DNA from: Callorhinchus milii
Taxonomy: Eukaryota
Direction: 5' to 3'
Length of the DNA stretch: 64,000 bases
Assembly (NCBI RefSeq): GCF_018977255.1
Contig: NW_024704743.1
Coordinates: 72,294,001-72,358,000, forward strand
The notes beneath the pieces are model-generated. The model was given only the letters and a program-made list of their open reading frames with translations, ran no database searches and had not been told where the DNA came from. Position numbers and translations under genes: made by a program. This document shows positions 11,954 to 24,464 of this stretch, piece by piece; position 1 is the stretch's first letter; each line of letters starts with the position of its first letter.

Positions 11954-12127
11954 AAAATAGAGAGAGCTGGGAACACTCAGCAGGTCAGGCAGCATCTATG
12001 GAGAAAGGAAAATGAGTCAATGTTTCGGGTCCACGGCCCTTCGTCAGAACTGTTCAAGATCGAGTTTTCCCAGCTCTCTCTGTTTTTATTTCAAATTCCA
12101 GCATCTGCAGTATTTTGTGTTTTGTTC
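11954..12127. mobile_element. Miniature fold-back Penelope pLTR insertion with hammerhead-like motif
   Basis: gagctgggaacactc ... gagttttcccagctc inverted arms; minus strand CTGACGA-A-GGGCC-GTG-GACCC-GAAAC; flanks agatagaaagataaca (11938-11953) and agatagagagataaca (12128-12143). Confidence 0.85.
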
Positions 12128-12204
12128 AGATAGAGAGATAACATTTGCATTTGATATAGCTCCTTAACAAATTGTCGAAATGCCTTGAAGTGTTGTGACT
12201 GTTT

Positions 12205-12380
12205 CAGGGCGAAACCTTAGGCAAGTTTCCTTACTCCACACACACACACACACTAGTGTTTGTTTACCTAGCAGTAAGTAGGAACCCGCTTGTTAGTCGA
12301 TTGGCCGATCTCTTTTCCGGGGGTAATAATTCCTTCAAAATAAATAAAAATAATTTGGTCACTTAACGATTATTATTATT
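12205..12380 (+). mobile_element. tRNA-Ala-type SINE, long variant, partial
   Basis: cagggcgaaaccttaggcaagtttccttactccacac, tttacctagcagtaagtaggaacc. Confidence 0.75.
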
Positions 12381-12682
12381 TGTAAGTGAAAGTAGCAGTC
12401 AAGTTGCACACAGCAATGCCCCCAAAATAGTTATGACCAATTTTATCTGGAGGATTATTGGTTAGGATGCAGGGAGAAACTCTCTTCCCTTTTCAAATAG
12501 TCACTTGGTATCTTTAACATCCACTTGAACAGGTAAATGGGACCACAGTTTAATGACTGACCTCCAACAATGCATCGCATCCATAACACTGCATTGGAAT
12601 GTTAGCCGAGACTGAGCTCAAAGAACCAGATCACAACCGTCTGATTCAGTGGCAACAGTGCTACCAACCGAGACAGGCTGAC
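12381..12682 (-). mobile_element. Deu-domain SINE
   Basis: tctttaacatccacttgaacagg core; tRNA-like head agtgctaccaaccgagacaggctgac. Confidence 0.75.
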
Positions 12683-13314
12683 ATACACTTCCCTGTCTAG
12701 TGAGAAAGGTACAGAAAAGGTTGAGAAATGAGATTAAAAGATCGGGCATAATCTAATGAGCTAACAGAATTGGCTCAATGGGCTGACTGTCCTCCCTGTG
12801 TTCCCATTAAACTTGTCTCTCTGATCCCAAACAAACTGCTGCATGTTTACAACATTCTCCAGTTTTATTAAAGAAAGTCCTTGGCTGAGCAGAGGGAGGA
12901 AAGGTTTAAGTGGCAGAAAGCAATCCTTAGACGTGTTGCTGTCTCACATGCCAGGTGAACAATGGCCTCTTGAGTGAGGCACCAGATGTGGACCTCCAAC
13001 ACAGTAAAGATCCAGTGTCCTTGGGGGAGGAGAAGTGAGAAAATAGGAAGGCAGGAAAGCTCAGCAGTCAAAGCAAACTAGGAAGATATATATAAACAAC
13101 AATTACAAATAGCAAAGAGAGGAGCTGGTTAAAGTCACCTCAACAACAAAAGCACGTTTGAAAGGAAACCTGCAACTGTAAAACTTTTACAACCATAGAA
13201 AAGATTCCTTAACGATCAGTATCTCCAAAGGTTCATAAAATATCAATATTATATCGGGCAACTTGCTGCACACAAAGTTAGGATCCTGAAGCAGTGTTAA
13301 AATTAGTGTTAAAG

Positions 13315-14760
13315 AGGTGTTTGGGGCAGACCTAGAGCAGGACGGAGCCTGCTAAGCAGAGGGAACGGACAGGTTGATAGGGATGAGCAGGTCATAGATG
13401 TAGGAGGGGGCAAGGCCGTGGATGGCCTTGAAAGTGAGGACGAGGATTATGAATTCTATCATCTGAGGGATGGGGAGCCAGTGGCGCCGGGTGAGGGTGG
13501 GGGTGATGGGTTCACGGAGCCTGGTGCGAGAGAGAACATGAGCTGCAGAGTTCCTGATGATCCGCAGCTTGGGGAGGGAAGAGTTGGGGAAGCTGACAAG
13601 AGGAAGTTTTCGTAGTCGAGCCTTGAGGTGATGAATGCATGTATGAGGGATTCGGAGGCCTGAGGGGTGAGGCGGTGGCAGAGTTGGGCAATGTTACTCA
13701 AGTGGGGGAAGGCAAAGCAGGTCATGGGTTGGATATGGGGCAAAAAAGGACAGTTGAGGGTCGAACAAGACACCCAGGTTCCTGACTGGCTTGGTGAGGT
13801 GGAGTGTCCATCCATGGGTGGTGATGCTGCCAGTGCCTGAGGTGCTGAGGCGCTGTCGCAAGCCAATCAGGAGGGTCTCAGTCTTGCTGATATTCTGCTG
13901 TTCAAAGTTGGCTCTCATCCAGGACTTGATGTCGGACATCAGTTGTCTTAGAATTGTGGGTGGAAGCAGAGAGATAGAGTTGGGTGTCATCCACATACAT
14001 GTGGAAGTTGACCCCATGTTTGCAGATTATATCACCAAGGGGGTGCATGTAGAGGTTGAAGAGGAGGGGACTGAGGACAGAGCCCTGAGGAACAACACAC
14101 ATGACTGTGCAGGGGCTGGAAGAGAAACCGTTGGTGGAGACAAATTGGAGACGGTGTGAGAGATAAGACCTGAACCATTCAAGGACAGAACCTTGATGAT
14201 TAAGGAGAGAGGAGAGGCAGTGGAGGAGGATGGAGTGGTCCATGGTATCGAAGGCAGCAGAGAGTTCGAGGAGGACAAGGAGGCAGAGATAGCCCTGGTC
14301 ACAGATGGCCAAAATGTCATTTGTCACCTTGACCAGAACAGTTTCTGTGCTGTGAGTAGCACGGAAACTCAATTGGAAGGGTTCATGAAGGGAATGGTAG
14401 GAGAAGAAGGAGCAAAGCTGGGAAGCAACAATTCTTTCAAGGACCTTCAAAAGAAAAGGGAAGTTGGAGATGGGCCGGTAGTTAGAAGTCAGGGATGAGT
14501 CCAGGGAAGGTATTTTCAGGATGTATTTTCGGGATTGTAGTTGTGGGATGGTTAAGTGGGAATAGGAGATGAGGAGGACGGAGAGAGACGAGGTCAGAGT
14601 GGGGGAGTTGCAGGGATGGGGGCATTTTGGGTGAAGGACAGGACCCCTCAGGTTGGGGGTGGCAGCCAAGACACTCACACTGAAATTTGAGGCAGGCGGT
14701 TAGTAGGACTGGTGGGGGGGGGGGGGGGGGGTGCTAGAGGTAGTGCAGGCAGGGGAAAGG
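13315..14760 (-). mobile_element. L2 LINE ORF2 fragment (RT domain), frameshifted
   Basis: NYRPISNFPFLLKVLERIV, HSTETVLVKVTNDIL, LELSAAFDTMDH, VPQGSVLSPLLFNLYM, YVDDTQLY in ORF 13902-14678. Confidence 0.95.
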
Positions 14761-15129
14761 GGGCAGGGCACTCATTGTGTTATCCATCAGGTCCCCAACC
14801 TGGAAGATAGCACTGAGCAGCCTGCAGGGAAAAGTGCTTCACAGGAAATACTGGAATGCAATGTAACAATATGGGTTTGTGGGCAAAATCTCCAATTGTG
14901 TGTGGATATTCAAAATGCCTGGTATTTTCCATTCTGCCACTAGGAATGGTGGGAGCTAATAATCGGCGGTTACTACTTTTTCCTCACATCAATCCAACTA
15001 GTGGAACCATCTCTCAATAGGTTGGGCTGTGTGTCAAGCTGCAGGCAGGAGGATAACAATGCTTCCATGCATTTAATGCTGAGCTGCACTGCTCACCAGG
15101 AAGCTCATAGGGAGTTCTGGTACTTGATA

Positions 15130-15790
15130 ACTACCCCTAGTACTTGTTTGCCACAAATCCACCTCACAGCCTGATCCTGGACTTTGCAAATTGTCTGAGG
15201 AAGCCTCTCTGCTGCATCCCCAGGAGCTCAGAACTATGAAGGAGACTTGGTAGCATACAGATCAGTACAAATGCTTGACCTACACTGGGATCTTGCCGTC
15301 CTTGAGGAGGCCAGAGTGCCCTTCACCCCTACTCAGTGCGGTACTTCAGGACAGTGTCCAAGCAAAGTTGGTGTCCATCACAACCCTCAGGTCCCAAAAA
15401 GAATCAAAGATTGAGACTGATGTCCCACGTATCTTCCAATCAATACCCTTGATGTCTTCTCTTGAACTGTGCAGGACCATGATTCGGCACTTGGGGGCAC
15501 TCACCATCATGTCTTAGTGGATGACCCAGATGGCAGGTGCAATGCAAAAAGCTCCCAGGTGAGTCTGCCAGCAGTAGAATATCATCAGAAAGGCCTGGAA
15601 TAGATACACCAAGTCAATCCCTCTCTTTGTCATCCAAAATATCATTGATGAATACATCAAATAAGGTGGGTAGCAATGGATAGCCTTGCCATCCCCCTCT
15701 TTCAAGAGAGATGGGCTCAGTGAATTAATGCTCACATGGATCGGGGAGCTGGAATACACATTCCTGATAAAATCCAAAATTTGGGAAGGG
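15130..15790 (-). mobile_element. Degenerate non-LTR RT fragment of a family distinct from the local L2/CR1
   Basis: Manual translation across frameshifts: ILDFIRNVYSSS / RGGWQGYPLLPTLFDVFINDILDD / GVSIPGLSDDILLLADSPG / MMVSAPKCRIMV / WKIRGTSVSIFDSFWDLRVVMD. Confidence 0.7.
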
Positions 15791-16429
15791 AAGTAGATGC
15801 AATCGCATATAATATCACAATCTTGTCATTGCATTTGCACATAGCATACGGCCTGGCCAACAATTCCCCAATTGAATTTGGTCATGGACTGTAAGTCATT
15901 GCTGTGTGCAAATTGGCTGCTTCATTTGCACAAAACACATAGTCATTGCGCTTTACATTAAATCGTGTGAAGCAATATCCTACACACAGCCATGAAGTGA
16001 TTGAGCAATTTTATTTGAGGGGAGAATTTTATTGTTGGCTAGGGTACTGGGAGAAACTCCCTTCTCTTTTTCAATGGTGCCCATGTGATCTTTAAAGTCC
16101 TCAACAGACAGAAGGGACCCTGGTGTAACGTCCCATCCAAAGGATTTGTGCACGGCAATGTCCCACAAACAGCCATGAAGTGAATGACCAATTTTGTCTG
16201 GGAGATTTCAAATGGGAAGATCAAGAACAAGGAGGCAGAGGGAGCTCTCATAAAGATGAAGAGAACACTACACTTTATAGTAAATCAGTAGGTCCTATAT
16301 CAAATGCAACTATTGTTGTTTGTTTTTACACCTAAGCTTTTTTTTAAACTTTTATTTAATGATAGCCCTTCACTTTGTAGTCATATTTACAATGTTTAGC
16401 ATAAGTAGTATATTTTGTCATTCAACAGA

Positions 16430-17035
16430 AAATTTGGGTTTAGGTTGACATTCCAGAGTGCTGCATTATTGGAGTCCTGTAGCTCAGTGGTTAGAGCACT
16501 CACCTTGCAAGCGAGACACCTGGGTTCAATTCCAGGCAGGGCAAAATCTTGGGCAAGTTTCCTTACTCCATACGTCTAATAATAATCCCTCCAAAACAAA
16601 ACAATAATAAATTGGTCATTTGTGGGACACTGCTGTGCGCAACTGATTGCCGCGTTTCGCCCACAAATATACGGTCAATTCACTTTACAGTCTATTCTGT
16701 GGGACGTCGAGAAGACGTGAAAAGCGCTATATCAAATGCAGGGATTATTAGTATTTTGTAAATATCGGATGAGATATTAAACTGCGATCATGTCTGTCCG
16801 TCAGGGGGATATGATACTATTTGGAAAGAGAAGGGAGTTGCTCCCAGTGTCCTGGGCAGCAATCCTGCAGATTGATTTCCTTTACTTCATGGCTATTTGT
16901 GGGGCCTTGCTGGCGCAAGTGGATGCTGGCTGGATTTCTCGACAAAGACAGCCACTACATTTGAGAGTAATTACTGTGAAGCCCTTTGAGCTAGTTCATC
17001 ATGATAAAGTGCTAGAACAATGCGAGCTCTTTCTT
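16430..17035 (+). mobile_element. Old Deu-domain SINE split by a younger SINE
   Basis: taggttgacattccagagtgctgcatt before 16471; continues ggatgagatattaaac ... atactatttggaaagagaagggagtt after 16750. Confidence 0.65.
16471..16750 (+). mobile_element. tRNA-Ala-type SINE, short variant
   Basis: ggagtcctgtagctcagtggttagagc A box, gggttcaattcc B box, L2-like tail gacgtgaaaagcgctatatcaaatgca-(tta)n. Confidence 0.9.
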
Positions 17036-17229
17036 TCAGATGAGAAAGCTAACTCAGCACAGGCTGGAGATTGAAACATGGGTTTTCTGGGTCAGCATAG
17101 TTCAGTTTCACTCCAGTCAGTGGCTTTACCAAATGTGCCTTTAGGGAGGCAGAGAGTTTACTTTGAATACCTTTATAGTGATGATTTATAAGTAGTGAGT
17201 GCTCAGCACTGATTTCTGGGTAGGCTACT

Positions 17230-17500
17230 GGCCACAGATGATCAGTTAGATCCATAACTAATCTCCAGCATAGATTTCCTTTTATTTTGCCAAGTTTATA
17301 TCCAATTTACTGCTTCCTCCTTCATCCCAAGAGCTTTAGCCACGTCCCCAGTGAGGGATCTTATCAAATGCCTACCGAAAGTCAAGATATATAATCTCTA
17401 CTCCATAACCCTTATTCACCACTACTATTAACTCCAAATAGAATTTCAATAAATTTGTCAGACATGACCTGCACTGCATAAATCTGCATTGACTCAGAAT
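17230..17500 (-). mobile_element. CR1 LINE RT fragment
   Basis: RSCLTNLLKFYLE...NKGYGVEIIYLDFR motif (ORF 17372-17563). Confidence 0.75.
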
Positions 17501-17827
17501 TCTTGTGGATACTCCTATTGAATGCTCTTCACTATTTTCTTTAGTTTCCAATATTTTTTCCAATCAGAAATATCAAGCTAACAAGTCTACACGTTCCAAG
17601 TATCAAGTTATCAACTGGGCCAATAGAAAAGTGCAGACATTTTTGCAAAAAGTTGAGGAACACTTTACAAATCTTGCAGGAAATTGCGGAGGCTTTCACT
17701 AAATTTTACTGGGATAGATTGGTGCTATTGAAGTATATTTTACTGCTACGTTTTTTCACTTTATTGATAAAAACTAAACATACGAAAAAACCACATATTA
17801 GATTGTTACAAAAAAAAATAATTGATA

Positions 17828-18689
17828 CGTTAACAAAAAAACTGGCTGGCCTTTTATTTTGGGTGGGGGTTGTCACCAGTGAGGCAACAGGAGTTCATCA
17901 CCTCCTGCCTCTCAGAGCCAGAACTGCACACAAACACAGAGACCCAGAGAGAGACATACACACTCACAGACAAAGAGTGAGACACACACACTCACAGAGA
18001 CAGAGCGAGACACACACTCACGGACACAGAGAGACACACACTCACAGACACAGAGAGAGACACACTCACTGACACAGAGAGAGACACACACTCACAGACA
18101 CAGAGAGAGACACACCCACAGACACAGAGAGAGACACACTCACAGACACAGAGAGAGACACACCCACAGACACAGAGAGAGACACACTCACTGACACAGA
18201 GAGAGACACACTCACAGACACAGAGAGAGACACACTCACAGACACAGAGAGAGACACACTCACTGACACAGAGAGAGACACACCCACAGACACAGAGAGA
18301 GACACACTCACAGACACAGAGAGAGACACACTCACTGACACAGAGAGAGACACACTCACTGACACAGAGAGAGACACACACTCACTGACACAGAGAGAGA
18401 TACACACAGACACACAGACAATCACAACAGTGGGGTCTCTGAGTGCAGCCCACTGTACATGCGTGTCTGGAGTCACTCCCCTACCAGGTAAACAGGGCCC
18501 GAGCGGACCGCGGGCCAGAAACTACTTTTATGGCGTGTGTGTAGCGGGCGATGGTCGTTGTAGCGGAAAAGGTGTGGCCGCAGTTTTCTATTGGCACAGG
18601 TTATACTGCCCTCTCCCAACTCATTGGTGCCACCAGGAAGGGTGCCACTAACAGGTCGGGCGAGGGGCAAGAGGGGACTGGTGTGTTAC
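17828..18689 (-). mobile_element. Possible solo LTR containing a microsatellite
   Basis: Minus strand begins gtaacac, two CCAAT (~18623, ~18590), cataaaa (~18528), AATAAA (~17856), ends gttaac; CpG-rich 18497-18662; termini imperfect, no TSD seen. Confidence 0.3.
17930..18420. repeat. Compound CA/GA satellite, 22-24 bp unit (cacagacacagagagagacacact)
   Basis: Direct reading; produces the CVSL/SVSL repeat ORFs. Confidence 0.95.
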
Positions 18690-19482
18690 CGTCTTGTGCG
18701 GCGTTCCTCAGGGCTCTGTCCGTGATCCCCTCCTCTTCAATAACTATATGCTTCCTCTTGGTGACATCATCTGCAGACATGGGGTCAACTTCCACAAGTA
18801 CGCGGATGATACCCAACTGTACCTCTCTGCCTCCACTCTTGACTCCAGAACCACTGCTGTCCTGACAGAATGTCTGTCAGACATCAAGTCCTGGATGAGA
18901 GCTAACTTTCTTCAGTTGAACGTCAACAAGACCGAGGCTCTCCTGATTGGCTCCCGTCAGCGCCTCCTCACCTCAGGCACTGACAGCATCACCATCCACG
19001 GTTGCACACTCCACCTCACTAAGCCAGTCCGGGAACTTGGGGTCTTGTTTGACCCTCAACTATCCTTTCTACCCCACATCTGCGCCATGACCTGCTCTGC
19101 CTTCCTCCACCTCTGCAACATCGGCGGCTCTGACACTGTCTCACACCGCAGGACACCAAAACCCTCATACATATCTTAATTACATCAAGGCTTGACTATG
19201 CAAACTCGTTGCTTGTTGGCCTCCCCAACTCCTCCCTTCATAGGCTGCAGATCATCCAGAACTCTGCACACATGTCCCCTCCCACATCGGGCTCCATGAC
19301 CCTATCACCCCCATCCTCGTATGACTCCACTGGCTTCCCATCACACAGAGGATTCAAGATCCTGGTCCTCACCTTCAAAGCCCTCCATGGTCTTGTTCCC
19401 TCTACCTCTGCGACCTCCTAACCACCTACCATCCTGCCCGCTCCCTCCATTCAGTGGGCTCCGGCCTGCTTCATGTCCCCCG
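18690..19482 (+). mobile_element. L2 LINE ORF2 fragment (PQG motif to C-terminus)
   Basis: GVPQGSVRDPLLFNNYMLPLGDII, KYADDTQLY, WMRANFLQLNVNKTE. Confidence 0.93.
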
Positions 19483-19529
19483 CTGAATAACTTTCCACAT
19501 AGTTTCCACATAGATTTGTTAAGGCCCAG

Positions 19530-20428
19530 CAAGATCTGCCGATGGACTTAACGGTCAATCTTGGAAGCCAAGGACAACCCCAGGCTCTTCTTCTCCATCA
19601 CCTACTGGCTCCTCCACCCACCCTCTCATGCCTCACCCATCCTCACCTCCAATGTCAACTGCGAGGCAATGCTGGACTTCCTCAAATCCAAAGTTATGGA
19701 ATCCGCTCAGCTGCCTCTGCCCTTCCACCTACTACGCCCTCCCCATCTCCCCCTCTCACCCCGGCCCCTACCCATCCCTCCCTCCACACCTTCGATCCTG
19801 TCTCCCACTCCTCTCTCATCACCACTATAACAACATGAAACCGACCATCTGCTCTCTCGGCCCAATCGCTACACCTCTCCTTACCTCTCATCTCCACCTC
19901 CTTGCCCCTCTACTCACAGACATCGTAAACCTCTCCCTGTCCTGGTACCATTCCTACCCATTTACAAATGGCCATATTCACTCCTATCCTTAAAAATCCC
20001 TCCCTGGACTCATTCCTGCTCTTAAACTACCGCCCCATTTCCAACACCCCTTTCCTCTCCAAGATCTTGAAACAAGTTGTTGCTTCCCAGCTTTGCTCGT
20101 TCCTCTCCTGCCACTCCCTTCACAAACCCCTCCAATCGGGTTTCCATGCCGCTCACAGCACAGAAACAGTCCTGGTCAAAGTGACAAATGACATTCTGTC
20201 CATATGTGACCAGGGCTCCCTCTGCCTCATTCTCCTTGACCTCTCTGCTGCCTTCGATACCATTGACCACCACCTCTCCTCTCACCTCAACCTTCATGGT
20301 TCTGTTCTTGACTGGTTCAGATCGTACCTCTCACACCGCCTCCACTTCATCTCCACAAACGATTTCTCCTCTAGTCCCCACACTGTCTCGTGTGGCATTC
20401 CTCAGGGCTCTGTCCTAGGTCCCCCCCA
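19530..20428 (+). mobile_element. L2 LINE ORF2 fragment (linker to PQG motif)
   Basis: EAKDNPRLFFS, NYRPISNTPFLSKILKQVV, LDLSAAFDTIDH, GIPQGSVLGP. Confidence 0.93.
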
Positions 20429-20879
20429 CTTCCCACATAGTTTCTGTCAGTTCATTGGTTACCTAATTCTGAAGTGATCTTGCTTTACATCCTAGTACTT
20501 TCGTATAAATAAAGCTATTGAATTAAATTGGAATATCACCCAGAAAAACACTTTACAGGAAATCCTGTGATGTGTTTACACATATTTGAATGACATGACT
20601 TTCAGTTCACATTGTCTAGCAAACACTCCGATACAAAGTGGACTGCACTGGTTTTTAATGTTAAACTGTGGCACTGTCTGCCTGTCTCTCTGTGTCCGGA
20701 CAACAACTTTTAAAACAGAATCACTTATGGCTGTTTGAAGGACATTGTTGTACGCTAATTGGCTTCTGTTTTCACCTACGAATACACACCTACTCATTAC
20801 ACTTTACTGTGAAGTGCTTTGAGACGTCCTCCTGATGCGAAAGGTGCTACATCAAGTGTGTGTATTATTATTATTACTA

Positions 20880-21130
20880 CACAACAACAAAATTACATTT
20901 GTATAGCGCCTTTCCCATCAGGAGGACATCCCAAGGTGCTGGATTGTCAGAGTTTCAGACCCAAGCTAGGGGTCAAAATTGGGGAGAGTGGAGGGCAGGA
21001 GGGGGAAGTAGGGTAATCGAAAGCACAGTCAAAGAGAAGGGTCTTGAGATGGGTCTTGAAGGAGGCAAGGGAGAGAGCCAGGCGGAGGGACTGCGGGATG
21101 GAGTTCCAAAGGGTGGAGGCAGAAGGCCCG
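20880..21130 (-). mobile_element. L2 LINE 3' end
   Basis: (caa)n tail and tagcgcctttcccatcaggaggacatcccaaggtgct terminus. Confidence 0.8.
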
Positions 21131-21402
21131 CAATAATATTGTTATTATAAGCAAGGTGGTTCAACACTACTGGTTTGCTCTTGGGAGTAAACATGGTAAA
21201 TCAAGATCCAGCAATGTTTACTTTCTCTGCAAAAATATATCGCAAGCATTTTAATGCAACAGTATTTGTTGTTCAACTCATCTCTATGGTTGCACTTCAT
21301 TTGGGCTCCATGAAATAACAATAAATGCCTTTCAAATCAGGTGGATGCCTCAAAGCGCTTCACAGGATTTACAATGAAGTGGAAAGGATGGTGTATTTTT
21401 GT

Positions 21403-21758
21403 AATAACAATAATATCCTTGTATTTAATATAGCGCCTTGTCATGTCATCAAGATGTCTCAAAGTGCTTCACAGAATATACGGTAAAATGAATTGACTGT
21501 ATATTTTGTAGGCGAAACGTGGCAGCCAATTACTCACAGCAGTGTCCTACAAACAGTCGTGGATTGAGTGACCAATTTATTACTTTTTTTTCAAGGGATT
21601 ATTACCCCCAGAAAAGCAATCCGCCAATTGACTAACAACTGGTTTCCTACTTACTGCTAGGTAAACAGAAGCATGTAGAGTAAGGAAACTTGCCTAACGT
21701 TTCGCCCTGCTGAGAATTGAACCCAGACGAGGTGAGTGCTCTAACCACTGAACTACAG
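21403..21758 (-). mobile_element. tRNA-Ala-type SINE, long variant
   Basis: Reverse head gtgctctaaccactgaactacag; internal ttcctacttactgctaggtaaacag; tail atccttgtatttaatatagcgcc. Confidence 0.88.
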
Positions 21759-23867
21759 CTTGGCAGCCCAATTGCGCATCAAATGTCCCCAAAACAGTCA
21801 TAATACGAATGACCACAAAAGTTAAATGTGTTTCATATATCTTGCATGCATATTTCTCCCCTGTTCGAGATGTGCTGCTTCATTTTTTACAACTATATTC
21901 AAGAGAGAGCAAAAGATCTCTTTAAACATTCATGCCACCAATTAATCATTTGTGTTTCTTTGATTCGTTTATGTCAGTAATCCCTATTATTATTAATGTG
22001 ATGGTCTTCTCAATGCATCATTGGAGTTTTGAAAAGCTTTCTTTTGGAAAAATAATATCCCTTCACTTTTTTAAAAAAATTCTCATGAGGCTTCCATCAA
22101 ATACTGACATATACTCCCTATGTACCCACACCTTACATATATTGTCTCATTAAAATGGATTTTACCCCAGTTCATTTTTCATGGATTAACAAATTGACTA
22201 GCAGTAGAAGAGATAATAGTGTGAGACAGAGGGAAGAGGGTGTTGAATATGTAAGAAAAAAATACATTAGGCAAGAAAAAGGATTACTATTGAGAATCCC
22301 ATATAAAATCTCTCAATAGTTGCCTTTGAAAGTGAAAGGAAATCTTCCAGTAGATTCCCAAAACTGGTGGACAGGGAAAGATGGAAAAAAAAGCTCAAAT
22401 TGGGTGATGTCATGATAATGAACACAATACGCTGAATAGATGACAATAATAATAATCATTATGTTTGTTACAGTGCCTTTCACATAATGAGGATGTCACA
22501 AAGGGCTTCACAGGATATAATGCAAAGTGTAGTGACTTTGGGTTTTGTGGACAATATCTCTGTCTCCTTCTCTTGAAGGGGTATGTGGTGAAGTCCTCCT
22601 GACATGAAAGGTGCAATATAAATGTGATTTGTTTCTGTTGTTGTTATGTCCAGCGGCACAAATTGGCTACTCATTTACTCGTACCAGGACTTGCTTTGAA
22701 AGATTAAGGTTTCTCAAAGTTTTCCAACACAAATTAATAGTTTGGCTTCTTTTGATGATGGGGGAAAGGCTAAAATGACTAGTCAAGATTACTAGTTATA
22801 ATTGTGAAATCATTTTGTGAGGTCAGAGAGGGCCTTTGATGATTCACTTTGTGCAGCAGCAAATCTATAAGAAGGAGGAATAGGGAAAGTTTTAGAGATC
22901 TTACTTCTTGATCTGATGGAGAGAAAAAAATGTTATTTTCCCCCAATATTACAGTACCTCGGCGTAATGGATCCCTTCACCAAAGAGAAGAGTTGTTATA
23001 AGTCTTATTTCACATAAATAAACCTTGCATTTGATATATTCCAGATAATGGCCTTCCTGATACTTGATGTATTCCAGATAACGTTCTTTCTTTTAAAAAA
23101 AAGTTTTTATTTTTTGCCCCTGTTATTTCTTGGTGGGGGGCTATTTATTACCCTCAGTGCAGACTGCAGACTTCACAGCTGTCATCAGTGCAGCTCAGTG
23201 ATCAGCCAACATCTTTAACTGTCTCCTTCGAAAGTGAAATGCTGTGTAATTATTGCATATCTAAAGGCTTCAGAATCTCCAGCGCAATGAGTGCGTTATT
23301 TTGTTCTAAGGACCTCTTGGGAAGAGCTCTAGTTTTGCTTAAAAACAAAAAATCAGTGATTTAAAAAATTGGATCACAGTAGAACACCAATTTAGCAAAC
23401 TTTCATTCATAATGAAAAATTCTAACATCCTTATCAGTTGTCTTGTGTCTGAGTGAGAATGAAACTTCCACAGAGTTGCAGATAATGTTAACTTCCCATT
23501 GTCTACCCCTTGAGGAGCAGTGCAAGCAGCAAAGGAAATTGGTGCCTTTTGTCATAAAGCACTTAATGCCTGTCTGTGCACTGACTGACCCTCTTAATTA
23601 CAATTTTCGAAAAAAGTTTATTTAAGTTAAGCTGTAGGAAACTACCAGTCTCGGAACTGCAATCTTTTTCTAAGAGGGTCAGTTTCATATCAGGCTCACA
23701 ACCAGAGGGAACTAAACATGTAGCATATTTTTGGTTCAATAATGACAGGAGTGCGTAATTTCCGGGTGAATTGAGTGCTTACTATAAACAACTTTGATGC
23801 GTTCTCTGTTTCATCAAACCTCCAGTCGATAACTTTCAATCAGCCAGATACTGTATTAATGAAACTG

Positions 23868-24250
23868 TTTGCTCCTCCCTATCTCTGTGACCTCCTAAAC
23901 CCCTACCAACTTGTCCACTTCCTCCGCTCAGCGGGCTCCCGCCTGCTTCACGTCTCCTGCCTTGGCCATTCTACCAATGGCGGGCAGGGCTTCAGTCTCT
24001 CTGCCCCCACCCTCTACAACTCCATCCCACAGTCCCTCTGCTTCGCCCCTCCCTTGCCTGCTTCAAGACCCGCCTCAAGACCCTCCTTTTCGACTGTGTC
24101 TTTGGTCACCCTCCTACCCCTAACCTCCCCACCCTCCACCCCTCCTGATCCCAACCACCAGCTTGAGCGCAGATCCCTGACTGTCCAGCGCCTTGGGACG
24201 TCCTCCTGATGTGAAAGGCACTATACAAATGTAATTTGTTGTTGTTGCTG
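23868..24250 (+). mobile_element. L2 LINE 3' end
   Basis: APPYLCDLL ... FSLSAPTLYNSIP peptide; cagcgccttgggacgtcctcctgatgtgaaaggcact-(ttg)n tail. Confidence 0.88.
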
Positions 24251-24464
24251 TGTAGATTTATGCAAGCAGGCCACAACCCTCTACAGAGAGTGTACACCCC
24301 ATTCCAAACACGAGGCAATGTTCATGTGTCGGAGGCACGCATATCGAGAACTCTCACTGTGATCTGGATTCTTAAACACGGTGATAAGTTTTCACACGTG
24401 TCGGTCACCTGGGTGACCAAAAACAATCATAACAACTACACTGTCTAAATGAAAGTCACAGACT

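Noticed and set aside
13902..14678. Functional reverse transcriptase gene (258 aa ORF)
   Set aside because: Frameshifted L2 fragment with YVDD and no endonuclease domain; every RT copy in the window is broken.
14714..14731. Poly-G run as a functional element
   Set aside because: Lies in the C-rich low-complexity linker of an L2 fragment; simple slippage or sequencing artefact.
17992..18476. Cys/Val/Ser-rich 129 and 136 aa ORFs
   Set aside because: Translation of a CA/GA satellite.
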